The position numbers were made by a program, and so were the translations under genes. A model generated the notes under the pieces. That model ran no database searches. It saw only the letters and a program-made list of their open reading frames with translations, and was not told the DNA's origin. Positions 35,937-48,800 of a DNA stretch of 64,000 nucleotides are shown in pieces. Source of the DNA: Phoronis australis (taxonomy: Eukaryota > Animalia > Phoronida); NCBI GenBank assembly GCA_002633005.1, contig NMRA01000072.1, positions 206,952-270,951 on the forward strand. Direction: 5' to 3'. Numbering within the stretch: the first letter of the stretch is position 1; each line of letters begins with the position of its first letter.

Positions 35937-37841
35937 CCCTGTATAATAATATAATACCGTGCCCAATGAACTGTCAGACTCCCGTTTATGCGGCTCAATA
36001 TATATGTACGTGACCACACAATAAAACTATACCCACGCGTTACTGGCAACCTCCATAGAAACTGTACTTGACGCGGTGCATTCCGTTCAATTTTCAATAA
36101 GCAAAACGTAAATTGGAAATCCAATTTTATTTTACATATTGCAAATTAGATTTTGAGCAAGGATTGGATTTCAATTTGCGTTTTGTACTTTAGTGATAAT
36201 GCAATTTAATGCATGGCGATTCACATTCACTCTGCCATCTACAACTCCTCCCCTTATGCTTAAACATTCGATTTAAGGGCACACGGGAGCTTTCACCGTT
36301 GTAGTATTTTTTCACGTTTTGGTCTTGACTTGTAGTTGTAAAGCAAACTAAAATTGAAATGGCAAATCAAACCAACATCAAATGTTATTCTTACCAACTG
36401 TGATGGAATTCCTCACGGGAAACTTCAATTCAAGACACTGTACAAGACGGCCGTATACTTACTGGAACAATTCGTCCGGCGTAGAGCCGCCTTCACTTTT
36501 TTGATGGACGACCAGAACCGACTGCCCAGTATAGTCGATGAGAAGATTGACGACGGAAACCCAGAGAAAACACACGTCGTTATCTAAAGCTGAACTTCGC
36601 CAAAAGACAATTTCCACGTGGCGCCACTAATAAATATGAGCCAATAACGATCTCCTCTGCAAATCGCCTGTCAGCACAATACACACTATTTGGCGTAAGA
36701 ACGATCAGTCTCTAATTACAGCATACTAACACCTTTAGGGATACTGTGACATCGGAAGACGTCATCGCGACGACGATCGCGTTCAGCGAGTTTTTTACAG
36801 AGTGAAACGCACGTTTGACTGCATGTGATACTTGAATCATGCACTATGGCCTTTACCTTCAATACATGAAGTTGCAATAGGATACAGGCATTACTATTTG
36901 TAATGTAACACGTTCTGGATAATTGTTTATAGCTGCACGCAACATACACTTTAAAGTAACTGTGGACCTTGTTTGCAAGGTTGTACTTGTGTGCAAATGT
37001 CTTAAATTCAAGTAGCTCTAACCCTTACAAACTATATAATTATTTTCTGAAAGGTGAATAAATTTTCTAACAAAATGTATTATTCTTATTTAATTGTCTT
37101 TATTTTTACACGAGATATACGTTTTTAGGAAAAAACTTTTTGACTTTGAACCCAAGACCTATTTCAAAAATCTGAGACATGGTTCCCTCGAAAATGCCGT
37201 TATCGTCAAGTTTACAAAAGATCATTATAGTTGGAACAATATTTTTAAAATCACTGTTCAAAGTCACATTTAACCAGACAAAATTTTGTACGAGTTATAC
37301 CAGGCGAAATCGAGCTTAAAGACGAAGTAGACCCGTACTTCTGACAAAGAAATCAATTTTTAATTTAACCCACTGGCGTTACAAAATCGGTCTCATCCTG
37401 TTCCTTTATCAGAATAGAAATGATTTCCAGATTTGAAAAGTATCGTCACGGTTTTTACGGCTATTATTGCTGGATGGCTGGTAGACTTTATGAAGTTATT
37501 AGCTTCGATCAGATAAAATTCATTGTTTTTGTGATTTTGTTACAAATCGCCATTTCTTACCGATGCCTGCCAAATATTGTCTGAAAATAAAGCAGGCGGC
37601 TTTACACAGTTAAATATACTTAAAATACTCTGTCACTTATTCATGGAGCGGGATTTAGCTCCGTCAGCAGAGCGCTTAACTGCCATCGCGAAGACTCTAG
37701 ATTCAGTCAACTGATCCGCGCTGCGAGTAAACCCAGCAAATCACTTCCTCGCCGACGTCACTTCAAGTTACTCGTCACGGCGGGTTAGTTTCAGTGGCCA
37801 AAGCAAGCGGACGATCGCCGCACAAATAAAAAAGTTCATGT

Positions 37842-37885
37842 TCATTCGACGTTTCGTCTATTCATAAGACATCATCAGGATATAT
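37842..37885 (-). ncRNA. Minimal type I hammerhead ribozyme motif (Penelope-type)
   Basis: Minus strand reads CUGAUGA-U-GUCU(uaugaau)AGAC-GAAA-CG-UC, with palindromic ACGU replacing helix III. Helix I pairing is weak. Confidence 0.65.
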
Positions 37886-39861
37886 ACAATAAGACAGCAA
37901 GTGTCGATATACTAGTCAGGTTACATTCATGTGATGAAATGAGAGTAGCAAGAAATATAGGGAATAGTGAAGTAGGTCATCACCATAACTGTAGGGTCAC
38001 TGAGCTCTGCATGTTATTCAGAGAATAAGCAAGTAAGACCGTTACCGGAAATCCATGTGTTTCATAGAACCAATTTCAATTCAAACACAGCGCCTTGGTG
38101 AGCAAAAGATGCCCGTGGAGAAAATAGTTGGCTTGAGTTACATGTTTTTTGAGCTGCATTTTGCTGGCTTGTTTAATTGGATGATAAAGATGAAAACAGA
38201 ATTAATCTATTCACTCTCATAAAACCAATCTAATAATATCCCTTACGGTGACAAGATTCTATTTCCGTTACCAGCAAGAACGTCGAAACAATCACCGCCG
38301 TATTCAAGAAAACGCTCCAGAGTTTACTGAGGATGGCAAAACTTTAAATTGCGAATTCGAAAATAGCGCATCACTAGTCCAGACTGCCTGTGACTCGAAT
38401 TGTTAACGGCATTGTAATCGGCAATACAGAGTAAAAAGGTCTTATCCCATTTAATTTTTTGCCCTGCGAAATGCATCTTCAAACTGAGAGTCAATAGCAT
38501 GAACAAGCAAGACGTAACGCGCGGGCACTTTGTGCGACCAGTGCGAATTTTTCATCACTTTAAAAGCGTGAATCTGTAAGCTATACAATGGATTTTCAAA
38601 AAGGTGTAGTAAAAACACAACTCACGTATCAACTACGACGAGGACACAGTTATTAGAACGTTGTGCTCACTGAGCAATGACATCAACTATGCGAGTATCA
38701 ATTAACTGCTAACTAAACACAATGCATACCGGTTTTCCAATACCTGGTGAGATTCTCCTTTACTGCACAAATTCGATTATCATCTTTAATGACAACTGCG
38801 ACGGCACTAAGATATAAGGTTCTGCCACGCGCACAGGGATTCGAGTAAGCTAACGCAGGCTGGTGTTGTCTTACACAGTAAAAGATACGGACTATATGAA
38901 ATTATAATTCTAGACCAAAATAGCACAAATGTGAACCATTCATTTTATTATTATTATTGATACTTGCTATTTTCATACATTTTTCCTTTGTATGTCCCCT
39001 CTGTGAAAAGGGGACGGGGTGTTTCTTATAAAGATCAAAATCAGGCCAGTGTCCCATAGACGCAAAATGCAGGCCAGTAAAGCTAATGCGGTCAAGTGCT
39101 GCATTTGTAATGCATGTATCTGGTGAAGACTTCTTTGGTCTCCATTGAGTTTTTGCTAGTTTCTCGCATACATGGAATGCAGCTCAGGCTAGTGCCAACA
39201 TTTCTAAGACAAAATTCAATGGCATATAGCTCCCAGAAGTCCCAGCAATTGCTCTCAGGGTGACTTCACAGAAACATTGGAAATCAAGGACAACTTCAAG
39301 ACAAAAGTTCGGTAAGTGCTCTTTTCAGTAATGCAACAAAACTAGAGAAAATGGGAAATCTTCCACCAACATAGATTATGACCTTAAAGCACATATAATA
39401 CACATTTTCTGGAAGCTAACACCCTGGATTTTCCATGGTGACAACTGAACCCTAAAGGTTTTAGGGGCGAATTTTCGTGTGGTCGTGATTATAGAAATTA
39501 CCAGTAAAATGTAAATATGACATGTTTAAGGATCATAATATCCTAATGTTTAAAGCAAAGTGATCATAAAAATATGTTTAAACCAAACTTTTAAACTTTT
39601 ATAAGTAAAGATCGTATAATTAAGTTGTGTTCTTTGGATAACATTAATCAAGCAAAGAGTAAGTAATTGTTACGTTTCCAAGAACATCTCCTGATTGATA
39701 AAAACAATTCCAAAAGTCAACAATTCAACTGAATCAAATAACACAAGATTAAAACTAAATATCATGTATTGTTGATCAAGACCAGCTCACAATAATGCCA
39801 CCAGAGGGCATAAATTTCAATCCTGATTTCCTGTAACTACATGATTGAGAATTGTCATAAA

Positions 39862-42800
39862 CTAACTTGACATCTTGTCCTGTGAGAAGATGACCCACAG
39901 CAGCAAACCCCCAGATATGGCCAAACCGCTCCTGAAATAATAAGACAGCCGTGAAACAGCTCATCATGACATTATTTGACTAAACAATCACAAAAACACT
40001 CCAAGAAATAGCTTTCCTATACCTCATTCTCTACCTCACATCCATTCACTACTTAGACCGAGGTCTGGGAGACACTTTTTTCTGCTATTGTTTATTAGAA
40101 TTGAGCCCAGATCTCCTGAGCTCAAAACGACGTCTCCTCCAATGGTATAATGGCAGAGAAGAACTGTGTACTATGCCAATATCTTTGACGCTTTCCTAAC
40201 ATCGGACTCGTAGATTTTCAGTTAAAGGTTCTACTCAAAGAGTTAAATGCTCATATCAGAATAACTATGGAGGTGAAAATGAACAAAAACTGAATTTCTA
40301 CAACTACAAAATTTAAAGCAAAAAATTGCGTGAACAAAAGCACGGTAAGTCAGATTAGAAATTGTGTGTTTTAGAACACTAGCTAGATTAGCATACTACA
40401 GTGCCACCTATCTGTTCAAATGTGCATAACTTGATCATGAGACGCAGAATTGGTGGCACTCTGGCTGGCGTAATGTTACAAGAGAAAGTAATGAGTAGTT
40501 CAAATCAAAAAGAGAGCACAGTCTTAGCATTGAACTGTGGTCATGTTTTGGTTTGTACTGACTATTTGTATGTAGAATGTTTCACAACTCTATTGCATGC
40601 TGCACTGTGCCAATCATGCAGTACATTACAGTGTCTTATCCAATGCAGTATTGAACTGAGCTGCAATAAACTGAACTATATAGCAAAGCTTTGTACAGTT
40701 TACCGTGCTATTTTGCACCTGTCTTAAAGTTTTACATAAACATTGTTTGTAAAAAAATCTATATTTTCTAAAGACCAGCTGCTGTTAGCCTTATGTCATT
40801 TTATTTCTGCCAGAAGATGAGACATGATCGGTCTAGAGACATAGCCTCTTGGTAATCTGTGGTATAGTTGTTCGCATTAAAGCATCAAGAAATATACTGA
40901 GAGTTCAAACCAGTAAACACGACAGCTGCAACCAACAACACTGATGTGTATTCAATAAATTCTGCCTCTAACATTCAGTAAAAATAATTCCTCAAAGAGT
41001 CACGAACACAGTACACCAACTGTGACGTCACTCACCACAACAATCCCCTTATGACAGGCGAATGCTTCAGTAGACTGTACTTGGATACAGATAGGTACTT
41101 GTGGTTCTTGAAAGCCTTGAGGATGTCTTTGGCACACCTGTTGTTGCCAACGGCAACCAACCCCTGACGAGAACTCTGCAGCCGTATGTCAACAGACCCA
41201 TAAGCTGAGAACTGGGAGGCCACCTGGAAATAGTGAACAGTTCTCAACAAGCTTGCTGGACTTGGGGGCTTCTGCTCAGAAAAGTTGGGCTATCACACTC
41301 AAATTTGAAGCATCATATCAAACGTTAGATCGTCAAACTATCCAAAATAATGCACCCATGCGCCATGGCTGGAAATGAACACTTATCTTTTGACACACTT
41401 CCTAAGGAACTCAGTGTTGTTACATTCTTATACAATTATTCCCAAAAACTCATAAATTTGCACAAGCTAAGTCCAAATAATAAATACAAACACCCTGTAT
41501 TTTACTCTATGGTAGGTTAGTTTTCAACAACTTGGCTAAAATTAACCATCTAGTGCTAAATTTGGCTGTCACATTTTTGTTGATAAGCTGCACCACACAA
41601 TCAAACACTCACGCATCATTTCAAAGTCTTTAACACACAACTCCTTTATAAACTCAGTAAAATGAATAAGAACACTGACATTTTCCAACTGAATACTAAG
41701 CCAACACTTCTGTGAAACAATATCTCCTACATCTCTTTATAACTTTTTTTCTGTAGTGACAAATACACACTGAGTAAGTGTTAGAAGTATCATCATAATC
41801 CAGGGTGTTTTTCTTTACCTCCATGGAGTTAAGTTTCCATGACGACAGTTTACTGCTGACTACTAACCACTGTGGTCGACGAGATACAGGGTCAGACCCT
41901 TGGAAAGACTGAAACAATAGGAGATACTGAAGTACATCAAGAGACCAACACATATAAAAGTATTCAGCCAAAATAACACGGAATTCCCTGTCACGATGGC
42001 TGGGCAGAGACCCAATTCAGAGTACACTGTCTCATGATCAAGAATAAGGGCAATAACAGATAAGTTAGTACGGATTCTGTAATTAGAATTTTGTCACCCT
42101 AATAGTTATTACCGGAAATTTTTATTACTAGAAATAGCTGTCATGACGGGAACACGATATTTTGGCTGCTTTTGTCTCTTACTGTAGAAACCTACGCTGA
42201 AATCTCAGCAATTTCAGACTTTCATAAGTTCTCAAAACATTGTTTGATTGAAGTTATTGTAATAAAGCTTATCTTGTACAGAAAAAAATGGGAACATTTT
42301 CAATTGTCCACCATATTGTAACCTAAACTGTCGTGATATTCCCACACAGATGTAGCAGTGAGGGACTTAACCCACGATTACATGATGCAACATTTTAGAT
42401 GAGGGTGTATGAGTGAAGACTTGAGACACCTACTCTAACCTGGTTTTATTCCCATATCAAAAATGGTAGGATTTATCCCTTAAAATTCCATCCTTTCTCA
42501 TCGGCACTATTCTGACACAACAATAGCGTAAATTTTTTCTGGAATTCAGACCCTAATATCCTAGTTACGGTAGGTTCTTCAGTGAAAGAGTATGCAGAGG
42601 TTATTCCTGAAAAAAGGAACCCTAGCGCTGTTTTGTTACTAAAAATGAGTCACTTGTCAATGTCTCCAGAAAATCTGAGTTAGCAAGTACCACCCAAAGG
42701 AGCTCAGATAATGGCAAGATTCTGAGTTAGCGGCATGGAAACATGCATCTATTCCGCGGTCATTAGGTATTAAGTACATTTATCGTTGTTCTGCACAAAT

Positions 42801-45800
42801 TTTTGCCTGATTAAAAAAATCAATAGGTTTCCGCATAAATTCAAATAAAAATTTATAATATATAAAATTATGAAACGTTATTGTTTCTCAATAAGAGTAC
42901 ATACATATACATACAATACATAAACACAGTACGTTATCAGTCAGAGAACCTACCATATAATCAATAGATGCCCTGATGAGATTTACGTTGTTCTTGTATG
43001 GTGCTAACAGACGGAGGTAGTCGTGAAACTCCGGCGGTCGAACCTTGGAGGACCTTTGAAAAGCAGTTGGGTATTACTAAGTTTTTAACTAATAGTGAAA
43101 CATATTCAATGCATTCAATGTTGAAAATACATGTGTGAAGAAGCATTGACATTGCCGTCCTGTCTACTCTTGAGTCAACCTGGGTAAATTAAGAAAATGT
43201 GGAGAGTGCAATTATGAATATTGACAACTACATTGACTAGAAACACATAGGAGTTCATATGTATGAAGGATTGTAGTTGCTTTCAGATAATACGTTCACT
43301 TCGATTTTCTCACATATATAATTCCATGAGGGTCGAGTGCTGTGTAATTGTATTCTACTTTTTTTAACATGATAACTGCTGACGTTTTGTATGAATAGAA
43401 TGTAAAACTGTTTGCAATGTATGTATGGGAAGCTGCTACAGCTGCTACTGATTCACACTGGTAACATAAAATTAATTCGTTTATCAATAAATTTGTATTG
43501 CAGTTGAATGTTGTTAAGTATATACAAATAAATAAGCTTAAGTCTGCAAGCTAAACCAAAGCACAAGTGGTATGAACTAAGAGATAATTATATTAGATGA
43601 GTTCGAAGAGAACTTTTCTATGAATACTGCACTTGATGGCACTTTTCACCCACTTCATACAGACGCCACCCATTTCGTAATTATGCCACCCATTTCGTAC
43701 TTACGCCACCCATTTCGTACTTACTGAACACCATAGAGCAAAGCGAGATGTGCCAGTCTGATGAACACAGTACCAGCCATGAACGCATCATACCCCGCCT
43801 CGTGAGGATGATGAATGTCATCTAAGATGGACAATAGCATGATGTTACGTGAGTTGAGGGCGAGACGAAACTACTATCATCCCCCTAAGGGACAACTAAG
43901 CTGTGAATAGCCTAGTGTTAAACCTGTCTTTTCTCAGAACTGGCAGTGTCAATTGGACCTTAGTGTTTTGTGATGGAGGAGGCAGTGTGGCCTAGTGGGT
44001 TGAGTGTCTGTCTTCTGTTCAAAAGGTTGTAGTTTCGAATACCATTGGACCCCACGGCTAGACCATTGCGTCAGGTACCTTGCTCCTCAGTTCGGTCTTA
44101 ATTTGTGTCTATGTCTATATCAAAAGTGTTATTTGTGCACGTTTATGATAAATTAAGAATCAATTCAGGTGTTTGATGCAATGGGCCCAGCTGCGTGGTT
44201 TGTGCATGTCAGACCACTTGCACTATTTTTTAGGGCATTAGAGATACTCCTTATGTTATTTTCACCACTTTAGACCACACAGAGTTACATATATCGAGAG
44301 CCATATGCACTAAAATAGATAGGAAAATTTTGTAAATGACAGCTCTGCATGGAATGACATTTTGTACTGGGTAATTCGTAAAGTGAAGCACAAGCCATTC
44401 AACTGCCGTCGGCCATTTTGTTGATGCACCATGACAAATTCAAAATTATTTTGAAAATTTCATATTTAATTCTGATTTATTCTTTACGTGTTGAAAGAGC
44501 ATCATTTGGGGATAAGTTTAAATTAGATTGGTTTGCAATTAAATTCTTTTCACGATGTTTTTAACAGGAAATAAGTGGAAAGAGTACTTTAACGGAAAGT
44601 ATTAGGCCTTGTATGACCTGGCTCATTTTATTACATAAAGCTACCAATGCTATCCAAATGGTCAGAAAATGGGGGTTAGCAATGATTCTGTTATGTTTGA
44701 TTACCTGCATTCAGCACTGGTGATAAAACCGTCTTTTGGTACACATTTCAGAGGAGTTCACGCAATCACATTATGAATGAAGAGGAGTCCAATAACTGCT
44801 TCTGAGGCAAGATTTGACACCGTAACTTGTTTTATTTCAGTCTGAAGTTCGTGCAGTTTCAAGACCTGACTACAATGGAAATGCTCACTCAAGTAACACT
44901 TATGCACAAACCCTAACCAACTTAACTCACCGTATCTGTTGAAGCCTTCTGCATGGCGGATGGTAGGTGAATACAACACAGTGAAGAGGCCCTTTTTACT
45001 GAAACATACGCAACATGGGAGTAATAGAATGGGAACATCAACATTACAAGGATGTCTATCCGTTCACATGTAGCAAAACACGAAAGACACCCTTCCAGAT
45101 GCAATAACCATTAGGACAATTATGTAGTCAACTTCACTGTATATGCTGAAACTCTGAGAAATAGGCACACTCGCGAAAACATGACACTTAATTAGTAAGA
45201 GATCATGTCACTCAAGCAGTCTTTGTCTCGTGTACATTTTGCTTCATAGAAAGGATGCCAGTAATTCAGTCATCCTGGAATCAAATAATTGTTACACACC
45301 ACTGTATTATGTTTCACTGACAATACTCGTTGATCTTACCTGGACAATTGTTCATAAAGACCTGACAGACTGGTTGAGTGCACAAGCCCAGTCTCAGCAA
45401 GAGGCTGAAACAGCAAATATTTAGAAACATGAGGTAAATGTCTGGGAGCCACTACGTAATATATAGGGGCGCAGTGTATATTTGAAATTACCAATCACCA
45501 CTGTTCTGCTTCAGAACAGAAGTTTACAGCTCACCAGGTGCAATTTCCATCTGGTTGATTGATCTTCAATTTTTAGATTCAAAAAAACAAATTATTTTTA
45601 AAACTTTTCCTTTTCATGTGACATACAACATTTTCATTGAAATAAATGATTCAACTATTGATGCTAGTAAATGCCAGCACGCCATCATTAAGGATTCTTC
45701 AAATGACTATTGAACTCACATTTATGCATCAATAATAAACTTTTCAATTTTAATTCAGTTTCTTTTAAAAGATAACTGAGCTTAACGCCATTTTCCCAGT

Positions 45801-48800
45801 CAACAGCACAAAAAGTTTTATGCAAAAAACACAAGAAACAAGAACTGAGGGTGACAACTGGGATTGAAACTCACTAGGTACTGACAAAGATGACAAAATG
45901 ATCAACTGACAGTCAAGTCTGGGTATAAAATAAACTAACCAATATTTCAGGATTAAATTAAGAGACGTCAGTTGGGTTAGTGCAAGTCCAATGACCATGT
46001 CAGCTGAGTTATTTTGATGTTGCTGCCAAATACCTACCTTTCTTACATTCGACACAATGTGTTTGGTGTCATATATACAAGGGAAAATAGAATGAATGTC
46101 AGCTTTGAACTGTTCGTACTTGGCTGAAAAAGAATTAAGTTACAATAAAGACACATACTGATATCTGACACCTGTATGTTCTTGTAAAATCCCACAAATT
46201 TGAGATAAAAATTACTGTCAACCTTGATCAGACTTTCTTTGTCATTTTTAGTGAATGCCCTCAATTCCACAAAAAGGTTTAAAGAGGCATTGGTATAAAG
46301 CTTGAAAATGGTAAAGCCTTTATCTGGAGTCACTTATCTTATATAGAAAAATGGAAAAATAAAAATTCACCATTAAGAAAACGATCACATAAAAAGGTCC
46401 TAAATGATTCTTCAAGATTTTTCCTCGAGCCCGATTTACCCAACTCACAGTAATCTTTAGCAAGCTAAGCAGTGGTTAGTGGGGCAGCAAAAAAATTCAA
46501 TCTTGTAAATAAATATCAAAATAAATTGATGCACTGTCGAGCGGAACCACAAACAGTATATTACTGTCCTACATTGTACTGTGCTGAACTGAATTGTACT
46601 GTGGTGAACTGGGATACACTCCATTATGCTGCATTGCACTTTACAGTACAGTACCATGCAGTACTGTTGCTTACCTACCAGGAAGGGGCTTGTGAAACTT
46701 GTCATAGATCAGCATCAGATCCATAAACATGTTGTGGCCAACTAAAGGCTGAAAGAAACAAGGAATATTGTTTTCGATGCCCACGTTAGTTTAACACATG
46801 TCCTCTGCTTTTTTTAGTTTTCCATTAAAAAGTAGGCATTGATGTGGATAAATACACAAATGCAGTCTTAAAACATTGTGTCAAGGACAATAATCAACAG
46901 GCAACAGGATGGAGAAATGACAGAAAAAGACAAATAAGTTGTCAGTATTAAGTCAATTTTTTGTAATATCTCTTAATAAAATCATCACTTTTTCGAACAG
47001 ATCGGGTAACAAACACTAACCTTGTTATGTTTTTTAAGTAATCTGATTACCCTTGTAAATCCAAGCATTGAATTCATTATTCTGAAAAAAGAGCAAAACG
47101 AATCCTTGGTTATACTTGTCATAAGCAAAAACCAATACAACAGAGAGAAGTCAGATAAAACTGTTAGCTCAAGGCATTTTTTGTTATTTATAGGTAAAGT
47201 TTTATTGTGTTGGAATCATAACTTTTATACCAGAAAATGTTGACAAAGTCATATTTGCCTTTAGCTTGAGCGTTACATCAGCCAGTCACCACTTACTTCA
47301 TTTCCTCCTCTTTCTTCACCTTATCACAGACTTCTTTCCGTCGGTCTCCGGCCCCCGTTTCACCTTGATCAGGAGGTGTCTTCTCCACTGTTACCTGTAA
47401 TTACAGTGGGGACCCTGTTACAGGAATAGATGTGTCACTACAGCCTTACTGAACACGAAGATATCATTAGACTCACAAGCACACAAGAATTTGAGACACA
47501 TTTGCTGAATACAAAAACCTGCATATTTTGACAGCCAAATTCATTTCACTGACCGTGTATTATCACGAATTAATTTTCGTAACTTGCACTGATCACTATG
47601 TTGTCATTGAAACGGATTTAAGTAATTGACCTATTGCCAGCTGTAGGACAATTTGATGACCAACTGGATTGAGCACAACCTTCAACAATTACTGCAATTT
47701 TTCTACCGTTTGTTAGAGATTTTGACCAAAAAGGCGGAGGTGTTGTTTGCCCAGTAGCAGGTCAATCATGAAAACCGTGACAAACAAAAACAATGTAAAA
47801 ATTCAATAACAGATCAAATCAGTGTGCTAAATGAACAAACATCAAAATATCATCATTTCTTAACACACCACGTGTGCATTTTATAACACTCGCCACTTCA
47901 GGGACACGTGAAGTGAGAAATCTTGGCTTACACAAACAAAATTAAGTCAGAGTAGTCTTACAGTTTATAGCGGATATAAACCTGCATTCCGTCAAAGAAA
48001 CTAGTTTTAGTCTTAGACCAATAAACACTATAAAATTGATCTCAGTTTGTTTCTTACTTAATAGATGAAAAGTGTTTTTTTTTTGTTTTGCACAGAAATG
48101 ACCGCTGGAGATTTAGTGCACCCTAGGCCCCTCCAGCTACGAACAAAAAACAAAACGCCTCCGGCATGCCATTTTTTGGTGCGCCACAAACAGTTTTTCC
48201 TTCCAAAATTATAGCTGTGCAACCCTTAAAAAGATCCTAGATCCACCAGTGCAACCTTACCTTGTCTGAGTCACTGGGGAAGATGGCTAGTCCTGGGTAC
48301 CTAACTTGAAGTTCACTCAGCAACACATACCTAGGGACGTCTGGAAGTAAGCCCAAGTCAGTCATTGTAACCAGCGTGGAATGGGTACCACTTTCTGTTT
48401 CTCACAGAACAAAGAGATGAATAGCTACTTGTGCCTGTTAATGTATCTAACATATGATGCGAATAAGGATGATGATTTGTTTATAAATAATAACAAGACA
48501 AAAAATGACAACAAAACCACTGCAAATACTTTAAGAAATACATAATGCAAAACATCTGCTGTCACTTTACAATCGTAAAATTAAAAATCACTCAAGATTC
48601 TGTGCTTTCCTCCATGATAACAAAAGGTGAATGTATAGTGTGTTGTGACATTCTTAAAAAAAATAAAAACAATATGACCTGTGTCCAATGGCACTGATCC
48701 TGTGACCTTTGGCAAAAATTCAATCAATATTTATGACTTGAAAGCAACAATGGAGATGTTGGTATTCTGGGTATTTACAAATTTGAGTTTACCCACAATT

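Noticed and set aside
37647-37710. tRNA-like heads (also ~7486-7550 and ~22988-23050)
   Set aside because: A/B-box remnants only, with no complete cloverleaf; likely decayed SINE heads, not tRNA genes.
46560-46666. 5-nt periodic tract (also ~40585-40720)
   Set aside because: Ordinary decayed pentanucleotide microsatellite.
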